From an uncultured Pseudomonadota bacterium (GTDB lineage Bacteria > Myxococcota_A > Polyangia > Fen-1088): a stretch of DNA of 64,000 nt. Position 1 is the stretch's first letter. Every line of letters starts with the position of its first letter. Both the position numbers and the translations under genes were made by a program. Of the stretch, positions 44,388 to 54,239 are shown one piece after another. A model generated the notes under the pieces. It made no database searches, was not told the DNA's origin, and saw only the letters and a list, made by a program, of their open reading frames with translations. The stretch is taken from contig CAWKBC010000030.1 of NCBI GenBank assembly GCA_963847705.1, forward strand, positions 1 to 64,000, written 5' to 3'.

Positions 44388-47300
44388 ATGCGTTCTTCCC
44401 AACAGGGCAGGGTCGGTTACGGGCTCGCAGTCGTGGCTGCGACGTTGCTCTTCGGCTGCCGGCCGGCCTCGCCGCCCGAAGAACATTTCTACGACGTCCA
44501 CATCCAGCCGATCCTCAACGCCTCTTGCGTGGGCAACACGTCGCCTTGCCACAGCATCGCCGTCGATCCGGTCACCAACAAGCCGACCGCCCTCGGCAAC
44601 CTCGATCTCTCCTCGTTTGACGGGGTCCAGAAGCGGCGCGACGTGCTCCGGACCTACGGCAGCTACCCGCAGCCGCTGCTGCTGTTGAAGGCGATGCCGC
44701 CCGAGAGCAACCAGATCCCCTACCAGGGAAACTTCTATCCGAGCGAGATCCAACACAGCGGCGGCTCGCCCATCCAGCCCAACTCTGAAGCCTACTTCGA
44801 GCTGAAGAACTGGCTCGACAACGGCGCCAATCGCGACGGGATCGCGCCCCAGGCGGTCGCCAACAAGGGACAGGGCCCCTGCAGCGACGCGCTTCCTCCG
44901 GTCAGCCAGCGCATCGCCGTCGACACCACCAGCCAGGCCTACCAGGACTTCAAGGACAACATCGAGCCGATGCTCGAGTCGTCGTGCGCCTACGGCAGCT
45001 GCCACAGCTCGCCGCAGGCCGACATGTACCTGACCTGCGGTCAGGGGGGCACCGACCCGGACGCCGAGACCGCCTTCAACTACGCGCAGGTGGCCGGCTT
45101 CGTGATCGCGCCGCCCACCGACCCGACGATGGTCAACGTCGATCAGAGCGAGATCCTCCTGCGGCCGCTGGCCGTCGCGGCCGGCGGTGTGAGCCACACC
45201 GGCGGGACCTTCTTCCAGTCGCGGACAGACAGCACCTGGATGTCCTGGGAGTCGTGGGCCAAGGAGGTCCAGGCCGCGCCGCCGCTCGCCTATGGGCCCA
45301 AGACGGCCGGGCAGACGTTCTTCGAGGAGCACGTCATGCCGAAGCTGCTCGTGCGCGGCTGCGACCTCGAGGGGTGCCACAGCCCCGATGGGTTCAACGA
45401 CTTTCGCCTCCGCTCGGGCGCGTTCGGCTTCTTCGCGCCGGCGGCGCTGACGCGCAACTACCACGCGCTGGCGGACGAGTTCATGGCCTTCGACACCGTC
45501 GACGTCAAGCAGTCACGCGCGGTGAAGAAGAACATCATCGCCGCGTCGGGTGGCACCACCCATCGCGCCGGATCGATCCTGGAGGACATCAACACCTCGG
45601 TCGACACGCCCTGCCCGCAACCGTTCGTCGACGGACCCGGCACGCGTGCCTTCTGCGTGCTCCAGGCCTGGCAGCAGGCCGAGCGGCAGGATCGGATCGC
45701 CGCCGGGAGCGTCTCGCCGATGACCGCCGGCAGCACGCTGCCGCTGGCGTTCGTGGCGCGGCCGACGAACGGCGACAATCTCCTGCACTTCGACACCTAT
45801 GAAGGGGGGGCCGATCTGAGGCTGGCCGACGCCACGCTCGACGCCAACGGCCAGGTGACCGCGGTGGGCAACGTGCGCAGCGCGCTCGGCCCCTGCGCCG
45901 GCCTGGCCGGCGAGGACGTCGACGTCCGCGGCCCCGAGTGGAGCTACGACGCGACCAAGGTGGTCTTCGCCGCGCGGCCGGGGGCGGCCAGCGGGCTCGA
46001 ATCTGTGGATGCTCGACGTGGCAGGCGGGACCTGCACCAAGCTCACCACCGACGCGGGCCGGATGGTCAGCGGGACCAATGTCCGGGTGCACAACTTCGA
46101 CCCGGTCTTCGCGCCCGACAACACCATCGTGTTCGCCTCGACGCGCTCGGGGACCCTCACCCAGCGGAACATGCTCCCCAACTCGGACCTCTTCCGGGTC
46201 AATCCGACCAACCCGGGAACGTTCAGCTACGACTTCAGCAACCCGACGCAGATGACCTTCTTGCTCAACTCGGAGCTGTCGCCCGCCTTCATGCAGGACG
46301 GGCGGGTCAGCTTCACCGCCGAGAAGGCCACCCCCGATTTTTACCAGCTGTCGGGCCGCCGGATGAACTGGGACCTCACCGACTACCACCCGCTGCTGGC
46401 GCAGCGCGCGCAGTCGACCTCCACCTTCGACAACAATCTCTTGCCGTCGGTCGGTTACCAGGAGGCGACGGAGATCCGCGAAGGGCTCGATCGGAACTTC
46501 CTGCTGATCCTCTCGAACGAAGGGGCGAAAGGGGGCGGCGGGGCGCTGGCCACCTTCAACCGCTCGATCGGCCCGTTCGAGGCCGACCGGACCGACGTCA
46601 CCTTCTTGAAATCGATGGTCATCGTCGACCCGGCCGCCGCGCCGGCCGCCGACGGCACCACCACCGGCGCCTACCGCTCGCCGTTCTCGCTCCCCAACGG
46701 CGAGATCCTGGCGTCCTACGACCCCACGGTCAAAAACATCATGACCGACATCCCGCAATATCAGCTGGTCGCGGTCGACCCGCAGACCGGAACCAGCCGC
46801 CCGCTGGCCAGCGACGGGTCGCTCTCCTATGTCGAGGCGGCGCTCGGCTACAAGCGCGGCGAGACGGAGCTGTTCTCGAACCTGCCCCAGCTGGTCTTCG
46901 GCGGCCACGCCGGGCAGACCGACGCCGGCAACAACGGCATCATGCATTTCCCGGATGTGCCGGTGCTGGCCACGCTGCTGGGCGCCAACCTGCGCCGGGG
47001 GCGTGACGTCGCGGCGTTCGACGGGGCAGCGTCGCTGAAGGTCTACCAGGACCTTCCGCCACCGGCGAGCTCGACCACCTCCATCATCCCCACGGGGGCG
47101 CTGGCCTACTCGCAGCTGATGCCCCGCGGCTCGGCGAGCCTCATGGGGGATCACTCGTTGAAGGCGCTCGTTCCCGCCGGGGTGCCGCTGATCCTCGAGT
47201 TCGACGACGGCAACGGGAAGGCCCTGTTCACGATGTCGGAGGAGCACCAGGTGACCGCGGGGGAATACATCACCCCCGGTCCCCAGCGCGCGTTGTTCAA

Positions 47301-47427
47301 CAACATCTGTGGCGGGTGCCACGGCAGCCTGAGCGGCTCGGAGCTGGACGTCGCGGTGAGTGCGGACGCCCTCACCGGCGCCTCCATCTCGCAGTCGCGC
47401 TACGCCGACCCGCAGCAGCTCCACTAG
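44388..47427 (+). CDS. Second HzsA-like multiheme lipoprotein; one apparent frameshift near 46000
   Basis: Lipobox LFGC; CVGNTSPCH, CAYGSCH and CDLEGCH each follow an F...I/V.P.L helix; TolB-like propeller (PEWSYD, FDPVFAPD, SPAFMQDG); VPAGVPLIL; terminal CGGCH. Confidence 0.75.
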
Positions 47428-47564
47428 GAGAGCTGCAGCAGACGGACAGCTGCCGATTCCCGACAGCGGGCCAGCCCGATCGGGCCCGGTTGTGGATAAA
47501 CTGTTACCAAAAGATCGTAGGCCCGAAAACAGGCCGAAACATGCATCTGCGATTGTAGAGCGTC

Positions 47565-48005
47565 GTGCTCGTCGCCGCTTCCTCGGATTCCAAGCCCTCA
47601 ACCCCTTCGGTCAACTCGGTGGTTCGCCGTCCCGACACCGCCACAGCCGCCATCTTGGCCCTCACAGCTGATCCGGAGGTCCGAGATCTGCTGCTCGAGC
47701 TGGCCATCGCAGAAGGGTTTGGTGTTCGCTGCGCCGAGACCGAGGCCGAAGCGGCCGAGATTCTCGCTCTGGAGCGTCCGGGCCTGGTGCTGGTCGACCT
47801 CGACATGCCGGCACGGACCGGGACGAAGTTCCTGCGGACCCTCCGGCAGGGCCCCTTGAACGGGATCCCCTGCATCGCCATCACCGCCTCCAACGACCCG
47901 ATGCTGGCCGTCAGCGTGGATGCGTCGATCTTCTACAAGCCGGACCTCGACGGGATCGACACGGCGATCGGGCGGCTGTTCTGGCCCGAGACCTACGGCC
48001 GCTGA
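47565..48005 (+). CDS. Stand-alone response-regulator receiver domain
   Basis: PGLVLVDLDMP, AITA, KP; N-terminal acidic pair is degenerate (LTAD); start uncertain. Confidence 0.75.
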   Translation: MLVAASSDSKPSTPSVNSVVRRPDTATAAILALTADPEVRDLLLELAIAEGFGVRCAETEAEAAEILALERPGLVLVDLDMPARTGTKFLRTLRQGPLNGIPCIAITASNDPMLAVSVDASIFYKPDLDGIDTAIGRLFWPETYGR

Positions 48006-48083
48006 GCCTGGTCAGCCGAGCCGGGGCAGCCGGGCGAGCAAGAGCCCGAGGGTCTCACGCCGATTCATTCGAGAAGGTTAGCT

Positions 48084-48156
48084 GATCGCGTGGACGACGC
48101 GCGGCTCCGCCGCGCGGAGTCCTTCGCGGGAGGGTTGGGAGCCCTCCCAGGTTCCC
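48084..48156 (+). repeat. Dispersed structured repeat, copy 3 (just after the DUF3570 stop)
   Basis: Shares cgcgtggacga.gcgcggctccgccgcgcggagtccttcgcggg with copy 2. Confidence 0.85.
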
Positions 48157-48157
48157 A

Positions 48158-49393
48158 TCAAAAACGGACCGAAAATGACCCTTGCAGGATGTGGGCGTAA
48201 GGGCGGTCGGGGTTGGGCGCGTAGATCGAATCCAGGTGATAGACGAGCAGCTCGTACTTCACGTCGGCCTCCATCTCGGCGAACCAGCTGGAGCGCTCCT
48301 GCTGCGGGCGGCGCAGGAAGGCCATCCGGCCGCCGACCAGATAGTTGCTCATCGGCGACAGCTCCCGGTCGCCGGTCCAGTACTGCCCGGCCGGGCCGAG
48401 GATGTGGTACTGGTCGCTGTTGCGATAGAAGCTGGCGCCGCTTTGCAGGTGATAGTGGCCGCGCAGGGACAACAGCATCACCGAGCTGAGGTACTTGTTC
48501 ACCACCAAGTCGCCGGTCACCGCCTGCATCGCCCAGCTGTCCTCGTAGAGGCGCGCCATCCCGATCCCCGACGCGCGCCACTGCGGAAAGGCATAAGCCG
48601 CGCGGGCGAAGAGGGCGTAGCGCTGGCGGTAGGTCGGCTCGTGCTCCTGCGGCTCCTGGTGCTCGCCGCCGACCTGCACGCTCCGGTAGGGGTTCGACTG
48701 GAAGCCGTCGAGGATCTGGATCGTACCGCCCCCCTGGATCACCAGGCGGGGGGTCATCGTCCAGGAGAGCGAGGGCTCGACCGCGTCGATGCTGAGCGGC
48801 TGGGTGACCACGTCGGTGTAGGTCGAGTTGAAGCAATGGGCGGACGACGTGAGCGGCTGCAGATGCAGCGCCGTTTCAGCCATGCTGTTGTTGGCGTCGC
48901 AGACGCTGTCCCAGTTGTGGCTGTACGCCACCACGAGCGTGAAGTTGTGGTCGTAGAGATCGTCGCGGGCGGTGACGGAGAGTGAGTGCGATCGGTAGTC
49001 ATGCTCCCAGCCGTAGGCGTAGGAGGCGCCGATGCCGGCGTCCGGGCGGTTGTAGCTGAAGCCGCCGTGGACCTGCTGGCGGAAGTCCTGGAACGGGGTG
49101 GCCTTGGTGACGGTGTCGACGAACACGGCGGGGGTCGCGCCGCTGACCGCGTCGGCCTCCCAGCCGGCCGTGACGCCGAGGCCTCCGCCGATCGGCGAAG
49201 CGGCATCGACCTGCGGGTGAATGACGGTGATCCCTTTGTTGCTGGTGGACGGCTCGCGGAAATACGTCAGGCGCGCCGAGGCCTCTGTCGGATCGTCGGC
49301 GCGCGCCGGCGCGGCCGACAACAGGGCCGAGACCAGGGGCAAGACGGCCGCCGCCAGGGTGAGGCGCGCCGGGCGTCTCAGTTGCAACCGCAC
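48158..49393 (-). CDS. DUF3570-family predicted outer-membrane protein
   Basis: (M)RLQL start overlapping the DUF4266 end; DAVSGAT, E.DY.S, GFQSNPYR, DSW, TGDRELS, terminal Phe. Confidence 0.8.
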   Translation of the reverse strand: MRLQLRRPARLTLAAAVLPLVSALLSAAPARADDPTEASARLTYFREPSTSNKGITVIHPQVDAASPIGGGLGVTAGWEADAVSGATPAVFVDTVTKATPFQDFRQQVHGGFSYNRPDAGIGASYAYGWEHDYRSHSLSVTARDDLYDHNFTLVVAYSHNWDSVCDANNSMAETALHLQPLTSSAHCFNSTYTDVVTQPLSIDAVEPSLSWTMTPRLVIQGGGTIQILDGFQSNPYRSVQVGGEHQEPQEHEPTYRQRYALFARAAYAFPQWRASGIGMARLYEDSWAMQAVTGDLVVNKYLSSVMLLSLRGHYHLQSGASFYRNSDQYHILGPAGQYWTGDRELSPMSNYLVGGRMAFLRRPQQERSSWFAEMEADVKYELLVYHLDSIYAPNPDRPYAHILQGSFSVRF

Positions 49394-49644
49394 CCTCCGC
49401 CGGCGGTCCCACTCCCTCCGATCGCGCCCTCGCGGTTCTCCAGGATGTGCTGCTCGGCGGCCTGCTCCTGCCCGATGGCGTCGAGCGACATGATCCGGTC
49501 GGCCAAGAGCTCCCGCTGGTGGGGCCGCACGGTCCACTTCGAGGCCGCGCACCCATTGCAAACCACGGCCGCCGCCGCGACGGCCACCAGCGCCAGGCGG
49601 CGCAGGACGCCTCTCCCGCGGCTAAAAATAGACGCTGAGTGCAC
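49378..49644 (-). CDS. DUF4266-family small lipoprotein
   Basis: Lipobox CNGC; VRP.QRE.LAD..M...REGA.GG.G..GGGCGCN-stop. Confidence 0.88.
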   Translation of the reverse strand: MHSASIFSRGRGVLRRLALVAVAAAAVVCNGCAASKWTVRPHQRELLADRIMSLDAIGQEQAAEQHILENREGAIGGSGTAGGGCGCN

Positions 49645-50395
49645 CTGAGTACTCCTGGATTCGTTGGGTGTGGTTGGCGTCGAAGATGACGTACTGGCGG
49701 GCGTCGCCCCGCAGCGTGAGGCGCTTCTTGAGCGCGACGATCAACCCTCCGCCGACGTTCAGCATCGAGTAGTTGCCGGTCTGGATGGCGAACTGATCGG
49801 CCTTCTTGTGGCCGAAGGCGCCACCCGCCGAGGCCCCCACGAAGGGCGTGACCGGCGACGAGGCGAACAGGAAGGCGTTGAAGCCCCCTCCGGCATAGAT
49901 GACGTCGATCTGGTTGCCGACCGTCTCGCCGATCATCCCCTCGAGCGAGACGTGCGGCGCCAGGAGCCAGGAGGGGCGGAAGAGAAACATTCCGTCGCCC
50001 CCCAGGACGCCGGCGGAGAAGGTGAAGCCGACATTCTCCTCCTCCAGCGGCGGAGGCGAGAAGACCGCGGTCCCCATCCGCTTCCAGACCGAGGGGCCCT
50101 CGTGCGCGGCGGCGGTGTCGACGTCGAGCGGGAAGACCTCGTCTCCCAGGATCCAGCCGTAGGTGCCGTCGGGGAGCTCGACACGGAACCAGTGATCGTG
50201 GGAGGCCCGGCCGATGGCGGGCAGCACCTCGTTGAGCTTGGCGCGGTAGACCACCCGGAACGCGAAGCCCGGTCCGGTGTGGACCTGTGCCTCCTCGGCG
50301 ATCACGCGCACCAGCGCGCGGTCGTCGGCGCGCGCCCGGAGCGTCGTCAGCAAGACGACGGCGATGCAAGCGCCCCCCAACGCGCGGACGATCAT
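49622..50395 (-). CDS. SH3-domain plus small outer-membrane beta-barrel protein
   Basis: Signal peptide; VHTGPG...WFRVELPDGTYGWI (SH3b); amphipathic strands; terminal YF. Confidence 0.75.
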   Translation of the reverse strand: MIVRALGGACIAVVLLTTLRARADDRALVRVIAEEAQVHTGPGFAFRVVYRAKLNEVLPAIGRASHDHWFRVELPDGTYGWILGDEVFPLDVDTAAAHEGPSVWKRMGTAVFSPPPLEEENVGFTFSAGVLGGDGMFLFRPSWLLAPHVSLEGMIGETVGNQIDVIYAGGGFNAFLFASSPVTPFVGASAGGAFGHKKADQFAIQTGNYSMLNVGGGLIVALKKRLTLRGDARQYVIFDANHTQRIQEYSGALSVYF

Positions 50396-50871
50396 GGCGA
50401 CGTGACCCACGCCTGGAGGGTGGTGACGAGATCCTTGGCCTGCTGCGAGGAGGGATCGATCAACTCGCCGCCGCCGTGGACCTGGATGTTTTCGGGGAAC
50501 GTCAGCAGCCGACTGTCGGGCGCGTCGGAGCAGCTCATCTGCTGGGAAGCCTGCGTATAGTCGTCCAGGATGTCCTGAGGGAGCGGGTTGGGCAGCGGCG
50601 TCGGAAGCGCGGCGATCTCGGCCGTGATGTCGGTGAGGGTCATCTGCGTGAGGGTCCCGAGGCCGTGGCAGCTGGAGTCGAAGCAGTGCTTCCCGTTGTA
50701 TTCCAGCCCCAGGAACATCGGCCAGATCGTCGTGACGAAGTACTGCTGGCCCGGCTCGCAGATGTTCACGTCGGCGGGCGGCGCGCCGAGGTCGACGGTC
50801 TGGCAACCGAAGGCCCCGCCCAGCAGCGAGGCCGCCGCGAGGAGGAGGAGACGACCGGCGCGGCGGCTCAA
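50392..50871 (-). CDS. Small lipoprotein with a CX4CH putative heme motif
   Basis: TTGA-coupled start; lipobox AFGC; YFVTTIWP...CFDSSCH...SRLL..P...HGGG. Confidence 0.7.
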   Translation of the reverse strand: MSRRAGRLLLLAAASLLGGAFGCQTVDLGAPPADVNICEPGQQYFVTTIWPMFLGLEYNGKHCFDSSCHGLGTLTQMTLTDITAEIAALPTPLPNPLPQDILDDYTQASQQMSCSDAPDSRLLTFPENIQVHGGGELIDPSSQQAKDLVTTLQAWVTSP

Positions 50872-51485
50872 AACGTGTACCTCAGGTAGGTGGTCGCCAT
50901 CAGCTCCTGGCTGCTGGAGAGCTCCGCCATGACGAAGTAGCCGCCGCGCAGGCCGACCGAGAAGTGCCGCGACAGCGAGTGGTAGTCGATCCCGGCGCCG
51001 CCGCCCGCGATGAAGCCGACGCGGTACCGCGGCTCGACCCCCAGCACGTAGAGCGCGTTGGTCGACAGCCGCTCGGCCCCGATTCCCCCCTCGCCGAAGA
51101 TCGAAGTCTGACCGAAGCGGTAGGTCAGCTTCCCCTCGACCAGCGCCTGGTAGGTCTGCAGCAGCTGGCCGTTGAGCGGGTTGTCGCCGGTGAGCTGATG
51201 GGTCGAGCCGACGAAGTGCGCCTGCAGCGCAAAAAAGCGGAAGAGGTCGTAGCCGACCCGCGCGCCGATGGCGAAGCCGGGGGAGACGTCGTTCCCCGCC
51301 TTGCCGAAGAAGGCCACCGAGCCGACCTCCCCCTCGGTGAAGAGGCCGTGGGCGAACTTGGCCGGGTCGGGGAAGACGACGGCGCTCGGTTCGGCGGTGA
51401 CCTGGGCGCGGGCGGCGGACGCGCCCGCGACCAGCCAAGACGTCACCAACGCCGCCATCAGCTTGCGAGATCGTCTTGGTCTCAA
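50868..51485 (-). CDS. CglE/GltH-like outer-membrane beta-barrel protein
   Basis: Signal peptide, about 8 amphipathic strands, GIDYHSLSRHFSVG, terminal YTF; position after gltG-like. Confidence 0.6.
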   Translation of the reverse strand: MRPRRSRKLMAALVTSWLVAGASAARAQVTAEPSAVVFPDPAKFAHGLFTEGEVGSVAFFGKAGNDVSPGFAIGARVGYDLFRFFALQAHFVGSTHQLTGDNPLNGQLLQTYQALVEGKLTYRFGQTSIFGEGGIGAERLSTNALYVLGVEPRYRVGFIAGGGAGIDYHSLSRHFSVGLRGGYFVMAELSSSQELMATTYLRYTF

Positions 51486-51498
51486 TGGCCCCTGGTCG

Positions 51499-52347
51499 TC
51501 ACATCATGGCCGGCGCGGGCGGGACGAACAGCGTCGGCGTCGGCGAGAAGAGCGTGTTCGTGGTGTCGTGCAGCAACTGCCCGTCGTCGTCGCGGACACG
51601 AATGTCGTAGCTGCAGGACATGCTGCGGTTGGCGGTGAAGCTGACGTCAATCTCGATGAGCGCGGGGATGACGACGTTCGGCGGCACCATGCTCAACCCG
51701 ATCGGATTGACCTGCGAATTGTTGATCAACACGGCGTTGAAGGGGGCCATCCAGCGACCGATGGCGTCCAGATCCAGCTCCGCCTCGTTGAAGTCGTCCT
51801 CGCGCACCGTCCCCGAGATGGTCTGCCCGGGGGCGATCGCCTGCGGGGTCACCGGGATGAGCGGGATGTACTGGGGGGGATCGTCGTTCCCCTCACCGAG
51901 CGTCATGGCCACGATGTTCGAGTCGTACTTGGTGTACTCGTTGGCGCCGTCGATCCCGATGCTGAACTGCGAGGGTCCGTCGGTGTTGTCTCCGTCCATG
52001 GGCGTGTAGGTGACCTGGTAGGTCAGCTCGATGTGGACGTGATCGCGCTGGATCCAGGGAACGTCGAACCCCAGCGTGGCGGTCTGCGTGTCGAGCTCCT
52101 TCTTCTCGGCGTCGGTCGGGTTGCGAAACTGCAGCGTCATCCCGTTCTCGATGCGGGGCGAGGCCCCCGTCATGTCGGCGCTTCCGCCGCTGATCACCAG
52201 CGCCGGGGTGGTGGGCGAGGCGAAGTAGATCGGCGTGTTGTCCATCCCCTGGCAGCCGAGCGCCAGCGGCGACAGCAGCGAGAGGGCCAAGGCGACCTGA
52301 CCGCCGGCCCGGGTGCCGCCCTGTTTGCCCCATAAGCATCCTGGCAT
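51499..52347 (-). CDS. Hypothetical acidic lipoprotein
   Basis: Start overlaps the gltG-like stop; lipobox ALGC. Confidence 0.75.
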   Translation of the reverse strand: MPGCLWGKQGGTRAGGQVALALSLLSPLALGCQGMDNTPIYFASPTTPALVISGGSADMTGASPRIENGMTLQFRNPTDAEKKELDTQTATLGFDVPWIQRDHVHIELTYQVTYTPMDGDNTDGPSQFSIGIDGANEYTKYDSNIVAMTLGEGNDDPPQYIPLIPVTPQAIAPGQTISGTVREDDFNEAELDLDAIGRWMAPFNAVLINNSQVNPIGLSMVPPNVVIPALIEIDVSFTANRSMSCSYDIRVRDDDGQLLHDTTNTLFSPTPTLFVPPAPAMM

Positions 52348-53756
52348 CAGGACCCTCCTTTGAAGACGAAGGGAAAGCGGCCGACGATCGTCTGCCCGGG
52401 CGCCTTGGGGAACTGCCACTGCTTGACCTGGCGGACGATGCACCCTTCGACGGCGGCGTCGTTCATGGCGCTCGATTTGACGTTTGCCTTGCTGACGGTG
52501 CCGTCGGGCTGAATCACCCAGAAGATGTCGATGTTGCCGGAGAGCGAGCTCTTGTGCTGGAGCTCCTTCTCGTAGCAGTACTTCACGCCCGCGAAGTGGG
52601 CCTTGACCACCTTGTAGACCTGATCCTTCGACAGCGAGCCGTCGGTGTCGCCGCCGCTGGTGCCGAGGCCGACCGACACCTCGTGCTCGCCGCGCTCGGC
52701 CAGCTTCGGTCCGCGGCCGTGGCCGTGCGCGCCCCGGCCGCCAGTGTCGAGGTTGCCGGCGCCGTAGATGTGCCCGTAGCCGGTGCCGCCGCCGCCCGGC
52801 CCCGACCCGCTGGTGGCGAGGCCGCCCGCGCCGTGTCCGACGACCATCTTGGCGCCGGCCATTCCCGCCATCGCCTGCTCGACGTCGTTGCTCTGCGCGA
52901 ACAGCCTGGAGAGCCCCGAGCCCGGCGCCTTGTCGCGCCCGATGATGCTGAGGATGCCGACCTTCTGCACCTTCTCGCGCAGGATGTCTTCCCGCCCCTT
53001 GGGGATGACGGTCTCCTTGGGGGTGGCGTCGTTGCGGCCGATGCGGCCGGCCTTCTCCTTGGCGCGCTTGGTCTGACCTTCCTTCTCGGTCGACTTCTCG
53101 GCCTCTTCCTCTTTCTGCTTCTTGACCTCTTTCTTCTCGAACTCGATCGCCGCGGGCGCTTCGATCTTGGCCACCCGCTGCGCGTCGAGCGCCAGCGGCG
53201 GCTTGGGCTCCGTCTTCTCCCACATGATGTTGAGGAGCAGGGCCAGCGCGCCGAGCACGATGCTGGTCCCGACGGTGATCTGCACCATCTGCGGATCGCG
53301 CACGCGCGGGCGCGCGATGAGGTCCGGGGGATCGACCCAGCGGAGCTCGAGCCGCACGTCGCTGCCGTCGGCGAAGATCAGCTTGGCCTTGTCGCCGCGG
53401 GCGAGGTCGACGTCGCGCGAAGCGATGTCGGCCACCGATGTGCTGATCCCGCCCAGCGTCAGCTCTCCCTTGAGCGCCGAGGCGAGGTGAAGGACGTAGC
53501 CGTCGCGGCGCGGCTGCAGCAGCAGGAACTTGCTCTTCCCCTCCAGCGCCGGCGTCGCGAAGGTGGCGCGCTTCGACGGTCCCACGGTGATCTTGCGGCG
53601 ACGCGCCAGCAGGCGATAGCCGATGATCTGGCCGCGCCAGATCATCGCGACCTGGAGCATCGCGTGCGCCGTCACCGGACGGGGCGCCGTCCGACGCCGC
53701 ACAGGCTGAGGGCCCGGCGGAGCTGGCGGCAGCGCGTGAGAGTGTGTGGTTGCCAA
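52347..53756 (-). CDS. GltG/AgmX-PglI-like protein with TM, charged linker and TonB-C-like domain
   Basis: LQVAMIW.G N-terminal domain, single TM, Gly-rich linker, VKYCYEKEL...LSG...I.PDG.V...GCI...WQFP...FPFVF. Confidence 0.8.
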   Translation of the reverse strand: MATTHSHALPPAPPGPQPVRRRTAPRPVTAHAMLQVAMIWRGQIIGYRLLARRRKITVGPSKRATFATPALEGKSKFLLLQPRRDGYVLHLASALKGELTLGGISTSVADIASRDVDLARGDKAKLIFADGSDVRLELRWVDPPDLIARPRVRDPQMVQITVGTSIVLGALALLLNIMWEKTEPKPPLALDAQRVAKIEAPAAIEFEKKEVKKQKEEEAEKSTEKEGQTKRAKEKAGRIGRNDATPKETVIPKGREDILREKVQKVGILSIIGRDKAPGSGLSRLFAQSNDVEQAMAGMAGAKMVVGHGAGGLATSGSGPGGGGTGYGHIYGAGNLDTGGRGAHGHGRGPKLAERGEHEVSVGLGTSGGDTDGSLSKDQVYKVVKAHFAGVKYCYEKELQHKSSLSGNIDIFWVIQPDGTVSKANVKSSAMNDAAVEGCIVRQVKQWQFPKAPGQTIVGRFPFVFKGGS

Positions 53757-53777
53757 GGGGTCACCTATTTGTCTACG

Positions 53778-54239
53778 TCAGAGGCTCTTGTCATCGGCGC
53801 TTTGGCCGAGCTCCTTCATGAACGAGCGCTTGTCGGGCGCCGACATATCGAGCTCCAGCTTGACCCGGTTCAAAAAGTAGAGGAGTTGCGGGGTCTTGAG
53901 CTTCCCTTCGACGTCCATGGCGCCGAAGGTGTAGGTCTTGGTCTTGACGTTCTTGCCGCCGGCCTTGGCCTCCCCGGCCGGCTTGGCGTCGTCGGAGGAC
54001 TGGCCGCCACTTTGGCCGCCGCCTTCGTTCGACCCTTCGGCCTCGGCGACCGGCGCCGGCGGGGCGACACTTCGCTCCTGCGTGTGCGCGGGCGCCGGTC
54101 TGTGGGCCGCCGCGTGTCGCCTGGCCGGCTTGGCCAGCGCGCGGCCGTCAATCGCCAGGGTCAGCGCGAGGGCCAGCGCCAGCGCGGCCACCCGCGGGAC
54201 GAGCCTCCCCGTCAGTTGCAGTCTCGCGCGAGGTCTCAC
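53778..54239 (-). CDS. GltF/CglF-like small exported protein
   Basis: Signal peptide; YTF...DVEGKLKTPQ..Y...RSF; lies between gltE-like and gltG-like. Confidence 0.65.
   Translation of the reverse strand: MRPRARLQLTGRLVPRVAALALALALTLAIDGRALAKPARRHAAAHRPAPAHTQERSVAPPAPVAEAEGSNEGGGQSGGQSSDDAKPAGEAKAGGKNVKTKTYTFGAMDVEGKLKTPQLLYFLNRVKLELDMSAPDKRSFMKELGQSADDKSL

Noticed and set aside
41020-47427. Anammox hydrazine synthase
   Set aside because: Only alpha-like architecture; no beta/gamma subunits; context is myxobacterial.
47491-47499. DnaA box (tgtggataa) suggesting oriC
   Set aside because: Single box, no cluster or unwinding element, no dnaA/dnaN nearby.
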